From positions 1 through 29,193 of IMG/VR virus record IMGVR_UViG_3300033407_000094: a stretch of DNA of 29,193 nucleotides, one strand, 5' to 3'. The stretch's first letter is position 1. Every line of letters begins with the position of its first letter. The DNA comes from a virus. Its lineage: Duplodnaviria > Caudoviricetes. Shown piece by piece: positions 1-9,759 of this stretch. The translations under genes and the position numbers were made by a program. The notes below the pieces were generated by a model. That model was not told the origin of the DNA. It ran no database searches and saw only the letters and a list, made by a program, of their open reading frames with translations.

Positions 1-373
1 CCACTCCCCACTTCAGAATCAGACCACCGGGAAATGTTTTTGTCCCAGGTTTAGCCAAAGTTTGATCAAAGCTAGCCAGACCAGCTGGGGTCACGACACG
101 TCCTGTATCTGTGCCAGCCTGCACCTCGGCGTTAGTTGCCAGCTCCACCGTCCCTTTTAATGTCACAGTGGCGTTCTGCAGCCCTAGTGTCAGTAGGGCG
201 GCTAAAACCTGCCCGTTATCAGCAGGGGAGAGGACCCCACCCGATCCCTCGACAATAGCCGCCATCTCTTCCTGTAGGCTGTTCAGCCAGTCCGCAGTGA
301 CCACCGTGCCCTGTGTGCTGGTGGCCGGATTGCCGTCGATGAACAAGCCGCCATCGGTTACTATACGCTGCAT
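1..373 (-). CDS. Tail fibre protein, N-terminal part (runs off window)
   Basis: Not in ORF track. ATG at 373 with AGGAG RBS reads MQRIVTDGGLFIDGNPATSTQGTVVTADWLNSLQEE...KGTVELAT...PGGLILKWG. This is a typical Mu/P2-like fibre N-terminus, directly after the gp48-like gene. Confidence 0.88.
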   Translation of the reverse strand, partial: MQRIVTDGGLFIDGNPATSTQGTVVTADWLNSLQEEMAAIVEGSGGVLSPADNGQVLAALLTLGLQNATVTLKGTVELATNAEVQAGTDTGRVVTPAGLASFDQTLAKPGTKTFPGGLILKWGV

Positions 374-382
374 ATAATTCTC

Positions 383-934
383 CTAGTCGATATAACTGAA
401 ATAAACATATGTGTGAGCTGGTTTTAGCTCGGTAAAAAGATCCTCAAGCAACGACTGTGAATTCCACCAGGTTAGCCGCTCCCCGGCTGTCGATTCTCCG
501 GCCCTGAAATTGTAGACCGGTTGATTAAAAATCTTAACGCCCCATTGATAGATAACATCGGATAAAAAAAGTTCATCTCCCGCCGCCGACCATCCGGCCA
601 TAAACGGTACCGGCTCGACAATCTCGATTTCATAACCGAGTGCTTCCGCCAGCATCATAAAATAGGGGATAGACAGCCCGCCTCGTTCGCGCAATTTTCT
701 AACCAGCATGTTTCTGCGCAACTGCAAGGGATCTTCTGCTCCAGGAGTAAGACCAAGGGCAGTTTCCCACTCTCTCAGCAACCCCGTTGTCTTGTCGGCA
801 AACATCTCCGATGACAGATCCTCACCCCGCGTTTTTGCAGTATCAAGATGCCGGGCATCGTGCTGCAGATCGGCGAGGTGATCACCCTCAAGCTCAACAG
901 GAAACAGTAGCCGTAAAGTCGTTTCAGCTGACAT
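383..934 (-). CDS. Baseplate protein, YmfQ/DUF2313 (Mu gp48-like)
   Basis: LLREWETALGL, GGLSIPYF and LKPAHT motifs; position after baseplate J. Confidence 0.9.
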   Translation of the reverse strand: MSAETTLRLLFPVELEGDHLADLQHDARHLDTAKTRGEDLSSEMFADKTTGLLREWETALGLTPGAEDPLQLRRNMLVRKLRERGGLSIPYFMMLAEALGYEIEIVEPVPFMAGWSAAGDELFLSDVIYQWGVKIFNQPVYNFRAGESTAGERLTWWNSQSLLEDLFTELKPAHTYVYFSYID

Positions 935-1694
935 CTATAACCCCAGGTCTAAGCATTTCAACAATTGCCGGGGTTACTGTCCCGACAGGCGTAGTGACAA
1001 CAGGATTCAAGGCTCCGTTTTGAATGGCTATGGCGATAATCTGAGGAACATACAACTCTTCCCCTGGTTGAAAGCCGTTCAGGTATGCCGATATGTCAGC
1101 CTGTACGGCAGCGAGAAGAGAGCTGCCTACCCCGGTCATGGCGACATTCTGCAAAACCACGGTCGGAGCCAATACCCGCACAAAACGGGCACCAACTGGC
1201 CGAACGTCCTCTATATAGGCGGCAACCTCATCAAGCAGTGCCTGATCGGGGATCTCGGAGCCGGTGGTAACCATATTGGCCACGATCACCACGTCAACGC
1301 TGCCTCCGCCCTGGGCGAGAGGAGTGACATAGGCAGCGGTCACATTGTCGATCGTCAAAGCCCATTTCTCATAGTCGTATTTATTGCCCCCTGCAGGCGG
1401 TCTGCGGATATACTCCAGCAACCTGACCAGATAGGCCGTGTCGCTTTCTCCGTAGGTACGGGACAGGCCGCGGACCCAGGCGTGATGCTCAAGTGCTTCG
1501 GTATCAGCCGTATCGGGAAAGATCTGCCTGCTGATCCATTCCTGATACCGGTACAGCCCCCAAAGCGCCGAGGCATAGCCCGCCGCCTTCATATAGGCCA
1601 GACTGCCCTGGCTTACATCGACGCCGGGAAAGACGTTTTGAAAGTCGGTCAGGATCGCCGCTAAAATCTCATCAAATCCTTTTTGAAAGGGCAT
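924..1694 (-). CDS. Baseplate J-like protein (Mu gp47-like), short form
   Basis: RQIFPDTAD, PPAGGNKYDYEKWA and VRPV motifs; synteny. Confidence 0.9.
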   Translation of the reverse strand: MPFQKGFDEILAAILTDFQNVFPGVDVSQGSLAYMKAAGYASALWGLYRYQEWISRQIFPDTADTEALEHHAWVRGLSRTYGESDTAYLVRLLEYIRRPPAGGNKYDYEKWALTIDNVTAAYVTPLAQGGGSVDVVIVANMVTTGSEIPDQALLDEVAAYIEDVRPVGARFVRVLAPTVVLQNVAMTGVGSSLLAAVQADISAYLNGFQPGEELYVPQIIAIAIQNGALNPVVTTPVGTVTPAIVEMLRPGVIDVS

Positions 1695-2059
1695 TAAATC
1701 ACCTCGTGGAAGGTTGAAAAACTTACCTTGTTGCCATCCGTCTGGACTGCTTCAATGAGCATTTTCAGCCGGTATAAATTATGTGGATCCCTTTCTGCAA
1801 AAACCTCAACCGACCGGGCCTTGCCGGTATCGACCAACCATTGCAGGGCCTGTTGATAATCATGCCGGACCAGGGCCGCAGTCGCTTCGGTGTTCTTCAA
1901 CCGTCCACGGTTCAAAAGGCCGAAGCCCGGATTATGGAAAAAACTGCCACGCTTAACCTTCAGGCTCAGAAAAATATTATTCAAAATACTCTCCGACTGA
2001 TCCCAGCTCATCCGGCCTACTACACCGCCATCTTCTACAGTAATCGTATAGTCCATCAC
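1694..2059 (-). CDS. Baseplate wedge protein (Mu gp46-like)
   Basis: RGSFF...FG and ALQWLVDTG motifs; lies between spike and baseplate J. Confidence 0.85.
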   Translation of the reverse strand: MMDYTITVEDGGVVGRMSWDQSESILNNIFLSLKVKRGSFFHNPGFGLLNRGRLKNTEATAALVRHDYQQALQWLVDTGKARSVEVFAERDPHNLYRLKMLIEAVQTDGNKVSFSTFHEVI

Positions 2060-2559
2060 ATCTCCTGATTCGGCGCGTCTGTTGGTCCGCCTGTGTCGTT
2101 TTCTGGATGAGTATGCAAATTATAGGTTGATCGCATCTGGCTCATGCTTTTACCGGTACCGCTTCGTAAATCGGTAATCTGGCCGACTGCCTGGATCTGG
2201 CCTGTCGTCTCGACCAGTGGCGTTTCAAAACTCACCTTTACCCAGGCTTTCACCAGCAGCGTATCGGTTACAACCTCGACAACCCGGCCACGCTTCAGAT
2301 GCACATGATCTCCCTCATCGGTGTAGATCGCCACCTCGCCGCTCTCGATTGCAATCCGGTACCGGCGATCATCCGAAGCCACCATTATTATATGGTTGCC
2401 TTTATTGATGATGATTCCTTCGGCCCCGGCAAGAGGCCGCGAAGTAAAGCCGTAATGCTGAAAATACTCCCGATCGGCAAAGGTCTCTTTCGCCCGGCCA
2501 GTGGCCGAAAAACGTTTAATAACACCCTCAACCACAGCTAAAATCCTGCCCCTGATCAT
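2056..2559 (-). CDS. Baseplate spike/assembly protein V (Mu gp45-like)
   Basis: EYFQHYGFTSRP, DDRRYR and GEVAIY motifs; C-terminal HTH metal-binding tip motif (YNLHTHPE). Confidence 0.92.
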   Translation of the reverse strand: MIRGRILAVVEGVIKRFSATGRAKETFADREYFQHYGFTSRPLAGAEGIIINKGNHIIMVASDDRRYRIAIESGEVAIYTDEGDHVHLKRGRVVEVVTDTLLVKAWVKVSFETPLVETTGQIQAVGQITDLRSGTGKSMSQMRSTYNLHTHPENDTGGPTDAPNQEM

Positions 2560-3632
2560 ATCACAACTCCCGGTGTCCCAAGCTTTAGCCGGGTGACCGT
2601 GCCCGCCGCCCTGGATAGCTCCATGGTCCGACCGTAAATAAGAAAAACCCCGTCTATACCAAGCACCTCATCCTGTACCCGGCACAGCTCGTTAATCTGC
2701 CAGTTTTTGCCGTTCTGGCTCTGCCCCTGCACGGTATAGCTGAGCTGATACCCTTCGTGCCGCTGTTGTTCCAGCAGAAAACGGGCATGCAGGGCAGGGC
2801 TTTGCGAGTCGTTATTGTCGACCGCGACAAAAGGCTTATAAAAGGGAAAATCCTTGTCGACAACTTCGCCCTGGGTTGTCACCTTCTCGGCATCCATGAA
2901 GAAATCATCCTGGCCCTGCTGCTGGCCGATAACGGTCACCTTGGAATATCGCTTAGAGATATCGTCGGTCTCTGAACCTTCCAGCGCATTGTTGCCGATA
3001 CCGCTTTTAGAGCAGACGATCGAAAAGCTCGGCTCACCCTTGGCTTTCGGCCTGCCGAAAACAAAGGTGCCGTCAGGCTTGGCGAAAAACATCAGGCCAC
3101 GGCTGGCCGCATAATTACGCAGTACCTCAAAAATCGTCATGCCCGGCTCAATCTGCGATATCTTTTGAGGGGTATCGAGATAGCCGATCAGCGGAGTATC
3201 GACCGTCTTTGTCTTGCCTTTCAGCTTGCCGACAATATCCTCCTGATACTGGATATTGCTCCGGTTGATGAAGGGGATCTTCTTCAGCAGCAACTCGGCC
3301 AGCTGCGACAGCTTATAATCCTGGACCGAGACAAACTCCTCACAATAAGCATCGACCAAAAGCCCCATTAGGTCGCGGCCCTCAACCGTGGTTGTCAGCC
3401 CGCCTTTGCCGTAGCTTCGTGAACGTTTATCGATGATGCCGGTCAGTTCAAGCGCGCCATTGACATACAGCTCGCACCGCTGGCCTCTTTTGACCTCGGT
3501 CTCAGGATGGGCCAGCGACAGCGAAAAGGCATCGTCCGCGGTATACAGATCGGATTCGACCGTATACGAAAGGAACCGCTCAATTTTTTTGCCGCCCACC
3601 TGGAGCACCACGCTGTCACGAGACATAGACAT
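2556..3632 (-). CDS. Baseplate hub protein (Mu gpP/gp44-like)
   Basis: SDLYTADDAFSL, GRDLMGLLVD, IEPG and WQIN motifs; synteny. Confidence 0.9.
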   Translation of the reverse strand: MSMSRDSVVLQVGGKKIERFLSYTVESDLYTADDAFSLSLAHPETEVKRGQRCELYVNGALELTGIIDKRSRSYGKGGLTTTVEGRDLMGLLVDAYCEEFVSVQDYKLSQLAELLLKKIPFINRSNIQYQEDIVGKLKGKTKTVDTPLIGYLDTPQKISQIEPGMTIFEVLRNYAASRGLMFFAKPDGTFVFGRPKAKGEPSFSIVCSKSGIGNNALEGSETDDISKRYSKVTVIGQQQGQDDFFMDAEKVTTQGEVVDKDFPFYKPFVAVDNNDSQSPALHARFLLEQQRHEGYQLSYTVQGQSQNGKNWQINELCRVQDEVLGIDGVFLIYGRTMELSRAAGTVTRLKLGTPGVVI

Positions 3633-4920
3633 TCACCTCGCCGCTCACCTCGTTGGGGTTGCGGATATCGTTAATCATCATCAGCCGTTCGGCAGCGTTA
3701 TAGGGCAGGCCGTAGCGCAGGCAGACCAGATGCAGGGGCATGGCGTTGTCCAGCAGCACCCTGGTGACATTCTCCCGCTGCAGCTTGATGCTGGTCACAT
3801 GCGATTGCAAGAGCAGCGCCTGCTTCCGCAAAGTGGTCATTTCCCGCGAGAGATTGACCGAGTCCTGGATCATGCCCCGCACAACCGCTAAACTGCTCTC
3901 CATCTCCCGCACCGTCATGGCCGGAGTGTCAGACGCCGAATAATCACTTGGCGTATAGTTCCCCAGGGCGTCGAAAACCGGTTGTTCCTCGGTCTTGATC
4001 TGCTCCGCTCTGGTCTGGTCATCCTCCTTATATATATAGGAGAGCTGCAGGGCAGTGTAGCTGGCCGAGGCAATAGTTGTGGTCTTTGCCGTTGTTTCGT
4101 TGAAGCTGCCACTTGCGCCGGCCAACTCGGTGAGTCCGTTTTTCATGCTGTCGATAAAGCGGGTAGGTGCCGACTTCAGGCCGGTATATAACAGGGCGTA
4201 TCGCTCGACACATCTAGCCACACTGCCGATTACCCGGCCCGCCAGACTGGTACCATAATTGATAATCGAGACCAGGGAGTTTGCAGGATTGGCAATGGTA
4301 TTCAGCGTGCCTTCCATGGTCCCGACAAAACCTTCAACTTTTTTCAGGTAGTTTCTGGCCTTGGTCGATACCTCTGTCAGCTGCTCCAGGATGCCAAGCT
4401 CTGGGTCGAGATCCGCGCCGAGAATAGCCACGGCCGCAGATCCTAAAGCCGCCGTCACATCATCCTCAAAAACCTGCATCTGCTCGGCGATACTGTCGTT
4501 AAAGGCTTCCTCCGCTCCGGCTTTGACATCATTGCTGACGGTTTCCCCGGCATCTTCTATCAGGCCATGAACAAAGGTGACATCGATCTCAGCTGTGTGA
4601 TCGCGGTCATCATGCTTGACGGCAAGGGACTCGACACTACCCCGAAGCGGCCCGTATTTAGGATGGACCAGCTCAACAATCTCCATCCCTTCCAGAAGGC
4701 TGAGCAGAGCAAGGTGCGTGTCGTAAGTGGCATGCCCTGCATCGTCATCCCAGAAATAACAGCGAAACCTGATAACCCTGGCCTTTGCCCCCATATCTTC
4801 CAGCAGCGCCCCGTTCTTGTAGGGGTACTCATGGCGGATGATGGACTTTTCAAAGGCATCGTCAATGGTCTCGATCTCTAAATCAAAACCATCAAGCTGT
4901 GCTGTGTATAGATCGGGCAT
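3616..4920 (-). CDS. DNA circularization protein (Mu gpN/gp43-like)
   Basis: HEYPY..G..LEDMG and LVHPKYG N-terminal motifs; C-terminal PLHLVC..YG...A.RL...N.I.NP motif. Confidence 0.9.
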   Translation of the reverse strand: MPDLYTAQLDGFDLEIETIDDAFEKSIIRHEYPYKNGALLEDMGAKARVIRFRCYFWDDDAGHATYDTHLALLSLLEGMEIVELVHPKYGPLRGSVESLAVKHDDRDHTAEIDVTFVHGLIEDAGETVSNDVKAGAEEAFNDSIAEQMQVFEDDVTAALGSAAVAILGADLDPELGILEQLTEVSTKARNYLKKVEGFVGTMEGTLNTIANPANSLVSIINYGTSLAGRVIGSVARCVERYALLYTGLKSAPTRFIDSMKNGLTELAGASGSFNETTAKTTTIASASYTALQLSYIYKEDDQTRAEQIKTEEQPVFDALGNYTPSDYSASDTPAMTVREMESSLAVVRGMIQDSVNLSREMTTLRKQALLLQSHVTSIKLQRENVTRVLLDNAMPLHLVCLRYGLPYNAAERLMMINDIRNPNEVSGEVNVYVS

Positions 4921-4933
4921 TTAGTTCCTCATC

Positions 4934-6730
4934 TCAATAAGCAGGCGGCATGGACGGAGCGAAGGAGCCGCGTTTCATGCTGTTGATTTTCATTGATGTG
5001 TTCGGATCATCGGACTTGCTCACTACCCGGCCATTGCCGTCTATGTCGATATTCAGGATGATGTTGTTGTCCGTCCGGCTCTCATGGGTCATGTCGTAAA
5101 TTCTCTCTCCCAGCCAACCGGAGCCGCTATATTGCCCGCCGGACGCCAGACCGCTCATCCAGCCCATTGTCTTGTTGAGGCCGGTACCTACTGCGTAACC
5201 ACCCGCCCCCGCAGCACCGACTAAACCCGCTCTCGGCGCAAGGTTTTTTGCAAGAGCAAGAGCGCCTTTTCCAAGGGCTTTGCCTTTACCCAGGATAGTT
5301 GCCAACGCACCACCCGTTGCCACCTCTGCAGCACCGCCCCCCAGGGCACCGCCGCCAATACCGCCCGCAGGAAAGTTAGTGACAAAAACAGGGATAACTC
5401 CGGTAGCAGCCTCAAGGGCTTTACCCTGGGTAACTCCAGCGGCAAGAGAACCACTGCCCTTCAAAAACTTCGAAGCTCCGGCACTCAGCGCCTTACTGCC
5501 GTACCGTGCAGCCAGCAGGGTGCCGACTGTAGCAATACCCGCACCAGCGATCATATCCTTGCCATCCAACTCAAGCCCGCCGTTTTCTTTTTTATCGCGA
5601 GCAAACTGTATCCAGTGACCAAGCGTTTCATTGATCGGTCCGACAAAGCCGTCAGCCGCCTGACGCAGATCGTTTTTCAGCATGCCGGTCTGGTCGATCA
5701 GGTTCCTGGTTGCATCGCCGAAATCTTTTTTCAGCGTTCCGCCGGCCTCGGCAATCTGAGCGGAAAAAGCCTTGACCTTATCAAGAGAATCCCCTTGCAA
5801 GAGGGTCTTGATACCCTTGATCGTGTCCAGATCGGCCTTGCCGAAAGCCTTCTGGATAAAGAGCGCGCGTTCCTGGTCGGTATTCAGGGTGTCGTAGATC
5901 TTTTTAATGTCCGTCAAAACATCGACTGCATCCCTCCGGGCTCCTTTGGCATCAAAGAACTTCACCCCGGTAGCCTTTTGCGCTTCTTTCATATAGTTGA
6001 GATTGGTGAAAACCCGCATTGTGGAGTCTGCCAAAGTAGCCAGTCGCTCTGCGTTTTTTTCCACCAGGGACAATCCTTCAATAAAGGCCAGGGTCGGTTC
6101 AAAATCCATCCCGGCACTCACCGCATTAACCCCGACTCTGGCAAAAATATTGGCCAGATCCTCAAGCTCGGCATTACCAAGCCGACCGGCCACGGTCATC
6201 TTATCCAGCATCTCCAGGGCAAGACCAGGCTTGGAAAGATCAAAATTATAAGCAGTCGCGGCAACGGTAAGCCCACCGGCCAGGGTGGCCTCACTGGCAT
6301 TGGTAACCGCCGAGCCGATATTGATCGCCCCGATGGTTTCTTTCGCCGACTTCCAGTCAAGCCCTGACTGGATCAGGTTGTCAAAACCGTCCTTCAAGCC
6401 TTCAATCTGTTTCCCCGACTCCCGGCTCATATCGAAAAGGTCTTTCCGCAACCCCTTAACCTTCTCGCCAGTCTCCCCAGCCGTCTGGCCAATCTGGGTC
6501 ATGGACTTGTCGAGGCTGGCTGAATCCTTCATGATCTTCCCGGCACCAAGGCCGAGACCCAACGAGGCCAGCTGACCGTGCACCGAGCCGAACAAACCTT
6601 TCAGCGAACTCAGCTCACTTTTTACGCCCTTGGCAAAATTACCAACAGCACCGCGAGAACTGTTCAGCTCGTTTTTAAACCTGGCCGTTTTGGCAATCAG
6701 TTCCAGGTAGAGTTTCATATCATTGGCCAT
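4934..6730 (-). CDS. Tail tape measure protein
   Basis: Helical Ala/Gly-rich protein of 598 aa with a TP901-type core and PVFVTN motif; follows the tail chaperones. Confidence 0.9.
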   Translation of the reverse strand: MANDMKLYLELIAKTARFKNELNSSRGAVGNFAKGVKSELSSLKGLFGSVHGQLASLGLGLGAGKIMKDSASLDKSMTQIGQTAGETGEKVKGLRKDLFDMSRESGKQIEGLKDGFDNLIQSGLDWKSAKETIGAINIGSAVTNASEATLAGGLTVAATAYNFDLSKPGLALEMLDKMTVAGRLGNAELEDLANIFARVGVNAVSAGMDFEPTLAFIEGLSLVEKNAERLATLADSTMRVFTNLNYMKEAQKATGVKFFDAKGARRDAVDVLTDIKKIYDTLNTDQERALFIQKAFGKADLDTIKGIKTLLQGDSLDKVKAFSAQIAEAGGTLKKDFGDATRNLIDQTGMLKNDLRQAADGFVGPINETLGHWIQFARDKKENGGLELDGKDMIAGAGIATVGTLLAARYGSKALSAGASKFLKGSGSLAAGVTQGKALEAATGVIPVFVTNFPAGGIGGGALGGGAAEVATGGALATILGKGKALGKGALALAKNLAPRAGLVGAAGAGGYAVGTGLNKTMGWMSGLASGGQYSGSGWLGERIYDMTHESRTDNNIILNIDIDGNGRVVSKSDDPNTSMKINSMKRGSFAPSMPPAY

Positions 6731-6914
6731 CGTCGGGTTTTTTCCTCTTTACTACATAGCTTTTTTTCTTTTTCTTCGGGGAGACAAGATCGGCATGGGC
6801 CTTAACCAGCGCCCAGGCTTCAGCCTCCGGCATGGTCAGGGTCTCGCTGTAACTCACCCCCAATTTCAGCAACGCTATCTGGAGGGTTCGTTGCGGCTGC
6901 AGCCGCGTCTCGAA
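6720..6914 (-). CDS. Probable frameshifted extension of tail assembly chaperone (G-T-like product)
   Basis: Open +1 frame overlapping the chaperone 3' end and reaching the TMP start; no convincing own RBS/ATG ahead of the LLKLGV..E...MPE segment; TTT CGA at 6915-6910. Confidence 0.6.
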   Translation of the reverse strand, partial: FETRLQPQRTLQIALLKLGVSYSETLTMPEAEAWALVKAHADLVSPKKKKKSYVVKRKKPDDGQ

Positions 6915-7215
6915 ACGACTCCCTCTTGGCCACCTGCTTCTGCTCAATTTCGGCCAGATGGTTAAAATCCACCTGGGTCATGTTCATGATCAGCTCCGGA
7001 GTGACAGCTTCCTTGTCGATACCTTCAACAGCAAGCCGTTTAGCCATGAGGCAGACGCCATAATAAGAATCGCTCTTCGTCGCCCGCTCGACATCTGCAG
7101 ACTCCAGGATCTCGATAGCGTCCCGAACCAGCTGCTCACGGTATTCGAACTCCCGGCAAAGCTGGCCGTTCCATTCTATTCCGACAGGTAAAGTGCCAAT
7201 TGCTTTCAACATCAT
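6820..7215 (-). CDS. Tail assembly chaperone (Mu gp41-like)
   Basis: Small acidic ORF between tube and TMP; ATGA overlap with tube stop. Confidence 0.8.
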   Translation of the reverse strand: MMLKAIGTLPVGIEWNGQLCREFEYREQLVRDAIEILESADVERATKSDSYYGVCLMAKRLAVEGIDKEAVTPELIMNMTQVDFNHLAEIEQKQVAKRESFRDAAAAATNPPDSVAEIGGELQRDPDHAGG

Positions 7216-7568
7216 GACACCTTCTTGCTTGCGCCGAAGGAAATGGTCCGTACAGCCTCATTCTCTCCATCGTACTTGGTTGACCCGACTTTCAGGCAAT
7301 AGAGGCCGGTATAGGTAACCCGTACCCCGTTTTGCTTGTCGATGGTCAGGGTACCGTCCTTCACCGTCTTGAAGTCAAACTCCGGGGTATCTTTCGGCAC
7401 CACGTAATCGACTTCCACGCTATGCCGCTCGGTGATCGGGGCAAAGCCGGTCTTGTTCATCAGCCGGACTTCCTTTGCCGTCTCGGTCTCGCCTTCCGTT
7501 ACGCTCTTGAAGTCTTCAATGTTCTGGCCATTGACCTCCAAAAGCACATTCATCACATATTCACTCAT
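7212..7568 (-). CDS. Tail tube protein
   Basis: 118-aa beta-rich ORF immediately after the sheath; assignment mainly by synteny and size. Confidence 0.8.
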   Translation of the reverse strand: MSEYVMNVLLEVNGQNIEDFKSVTEGETETAKEVRLMNKTGFAPITERHSVEVDYVVPKDTPEFDFKTVKDGTLTIDKQNGVRVTYTGLYCLKVGSTKYDGENEAVRTISFGASKKVS

Positions 7569-7614
7569 GATTTTTCTTTTTCACTCCTGATTTAATGCTC
7601 TGTTAAACCACCTT

Positions 7615-9045
7615 TTACAGCAGCAGATCGATACGTCCGGCAAAGACATGCAGCCCGTTGACCACATCAGCCGGAATCTTGGCGTCAAGCCGGTTGACGT
7701 CCTGCAGATCACGCTCGACTACCAGCCCATCCTTATTGGCCAATACCTCTTCAACAATCTCCAGCTCTTCCAGTTTCAGAAGAACGTCAAGCAGCTCCGT
7801 CTTCACCCGGTCCGGTGTTTTGCTGGAAAGCTTGGCCCTGGGGAAGCGTAAAGAAATCCTCTCCCGGCAGGCCTTACGCACATAATCCAGGGTGGCGATG
7901 GTTGTGGTATCGAGCAGACTGACATCTTCTATCCCCTGGGGATCAAGGGTGTAGGTGGTAATGGCACGAACTATCTGCACCCGTTCCCCTGGACCAACTT
8001 CCAAAGGACTCACCCCGTTATGCAGCAGGCTTTCCTGTTCGTTGCGGCTCAACCTCTGCTCAATTGCCGGGGCGTGGATCCCGACCAGGGCGAGAGTATT
8101 CAGCGGCATGGCCGGATCTTCTTCCCATGCCATGACCGCGCCATACGCTGCAGCCAGTTCAATATCCAAACTGCGTGTAGCCCGAAGGTACACATGGTTC
8201 ATCCGTCCGGAGTTGATGTCAGCGGCCAAGGTAGTGGCAGCGGCAAGCAAGCCGGTAGTAGCATAAACGCCGCGGCCCGGTCGCTGTTCAAGCGGACCCG
8301 AGACAGCGTCTAAATGCGTCCGCAGGGCGGTGAGGCTCGTTTCATCATTTAAGGCGGTTACCACGATCTGATACTGCTCGGCAAAGACCGGAGTCAAAGC
8401 GTCGGTAATATCCGGATCAGCAGCACCGCCAGCCATGGCCACAATAGTTGCCGTAACGCCACCGGCGCTGATCTCTCTTGCAAGCCCGATAGAGTTGCCG
8501 ATGGTCCCGCCGTTTTTCGCGGTAATGTCAAGCTGCTCGGGAATAACGCCATCGACGGCCACCGTTACCGGCAGCTCAGGAGATTTGGCAACTTCAGCCA
8601 CAAGGCTTGCCGCTATCGCCGCCGCAGTATCGCCACTGGCAACACCGAGCTCAACCATCTTATTGCCAATAAAGAACTTAATCGAGCCGGAAGAGGTTGC
8701 AGGTCCGCCGATGGTAATGGTCCCGGCAGCTTCCACCGCCGTGGCCGCATCATCCAGGGCGACAATGGTCAGATCAAGATACGGATTGGCCTTGATAGCC
8801 GCAGTCGCCATGATATGGGCGTGCGATCCTGCCCCGAAATAATTGGAGGCTTCCGCATCGGAAAAAACCTTAGTCGGCACCAGCTCGGCAACGGAACCGG
8901 CGGCAAGCCGCTGGGCAACAATCAGCATGGCCTGGGCATTGGCGGGCAGGGTACGCACCGCCAGCCTGGTATTGAACTCGAAATACTTGCCCGGCTTCCT
9001 GATCGATGCCGGGATATTATCAAAACTGATATTTCTGGATGCCAT
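7615..9045 (-). CDS. Tail sheath protein (Mu gpL-like)
   Basis: ISFDNIPASIRKPGKYFEFN N-terminus; FGAGS, LLHNGVSPL, RAITTY and VVNGLHVFAG motifs. Confidence 0.96.
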   Translation of the reverse strand: MASRNISFDNIPASIRKPGKYFEFNTRLAVRTLPANAQAMLIVAQRLAAGSVAELVPTKVFSDAEASNYFGAGSHAHIMATAAIKANPYLDLTIVALDDAATAVEAAGTITIGGPATSSGSIKFFIGNKMVELGVASGDTAAAIAASLVAEVAKSPELPVTVAVDGVIPEQLDITAKNGGTIGNSIGLAREISAGGVTATIVAMAGGAADPDITDALTPVFAEQYQIVVTALNDETSLTALRTHLDAVSGPLEQRPGRGVYATTGLLAAATTLAADINSGRMNHVYLRATRSLDIELAAAYGAVMAWEEDPAMPLNTLALVGIHAPAIEQRLSRNEQESLLHNGVSPLEVGPGERVQIVRAITTYTLDPQGIEDVSLLDTTTIATLDYVRKACRERISLRFPRAKLSSKTPDRVKTELLDVLLKLEELEIVEEVLANKDGLVVERDLQDVNRLDAKIPADVVNGLHVFAGRIDLLL

Positions 9046-9233
9046 TACTGGTCACCTCCTTTATTCTTTTTAGCCTTGTCTTCCGGTACAGGAGCCTGAA
9101 CAAGCGAGCCTTCCCTTACCATCCGGCGATAATATGGCGTATCCTGGACAGTGACCGCAGTGCTGTCGGTGATATACTGTCTCGGTTTGCCTTCCATCGG
9201 GCACTTCAGGCCCGGAGCTGCTTTCACGTTCAT
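9045..9233 (-). CDS. DUF2635-like small protein (Mu gp38-like)
   Basis: VKAAPGLKCP...YYRRMVREGSL pattern; directly before the sheath. Confidence 0.85.
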   Translation of the reverse strand: MNVKAAPGLKCPMEGKPRQYITDSTAVTVQDTPYYRRMVREGSLVQAPVPEDKAKKNKGGDQ

Positions 9234-9243
9234 ATTTCTTCTC

Positions 9244-9759
9244 CTACACCGTTGTTATCACATCGCTGGCATCGACAATGTCATCACCAGGCTTGAGGTA
9301 ATAATTCAATCCTATACTGAGTAAATCATCGGTTGCCTCTTCATCGAGCTTACTGATGGTGTATGAAGTACCAAGCTCCAGGGTGAAGGCAATCAGACCT
9401 TTTTTTCTTAACTCTTCAGAAGTGGCATTGCGCCAGCTTTTAGGGACAATCGGTTTTATGCCAAGGCCAAGATCCTGCAGCAGCAGTAACTGGACCACAC
9501 CCTCCATGATCAGGTAGACGCCCTTTCTCCGCTCCCGCTCATCCATCAAATGAGAGAAGACGATATCGACGTACACGGTCACGGTCTGCCTGAAGGTGAC
9601 CTGGGTGACCTTCTCAAAGGTCGCCGCCTCGGTCGAGATATAGACGGCGGGCTTGATCAGTCCCTGAAAACCTTTCTGCACATCGACCATCCCGGCTGTA
9701 GCCGACATCTTGCTTTCAATCAGCTCAACGATTGCGTCCTCAATCTCGGTCAGCATCAC
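9244..9759 (-). CDS. Tail terminator/neck protein (Mu gp37/DUF1834-like)
   Basis: EIEDAIV N-terminus, PAVYI and LLLLQDLGL motifs; synteny. Confidence 0.8.
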   Translation of the reverse strand: MMLTEIEDAIVELIESKMSATAGMVDVQKGFQGLIKPAVYISTEAATFEKVTQVTFRQTVTVYVDIVFSHLMDERERRKGVYLIMEGVVQLLLLQDLGLGIKPIVPKSWRNATSEELRKKGLIAFTLELGTSYTISKLDEEATDDLLSIGLNYYLKPGDDIVDASDVITTV

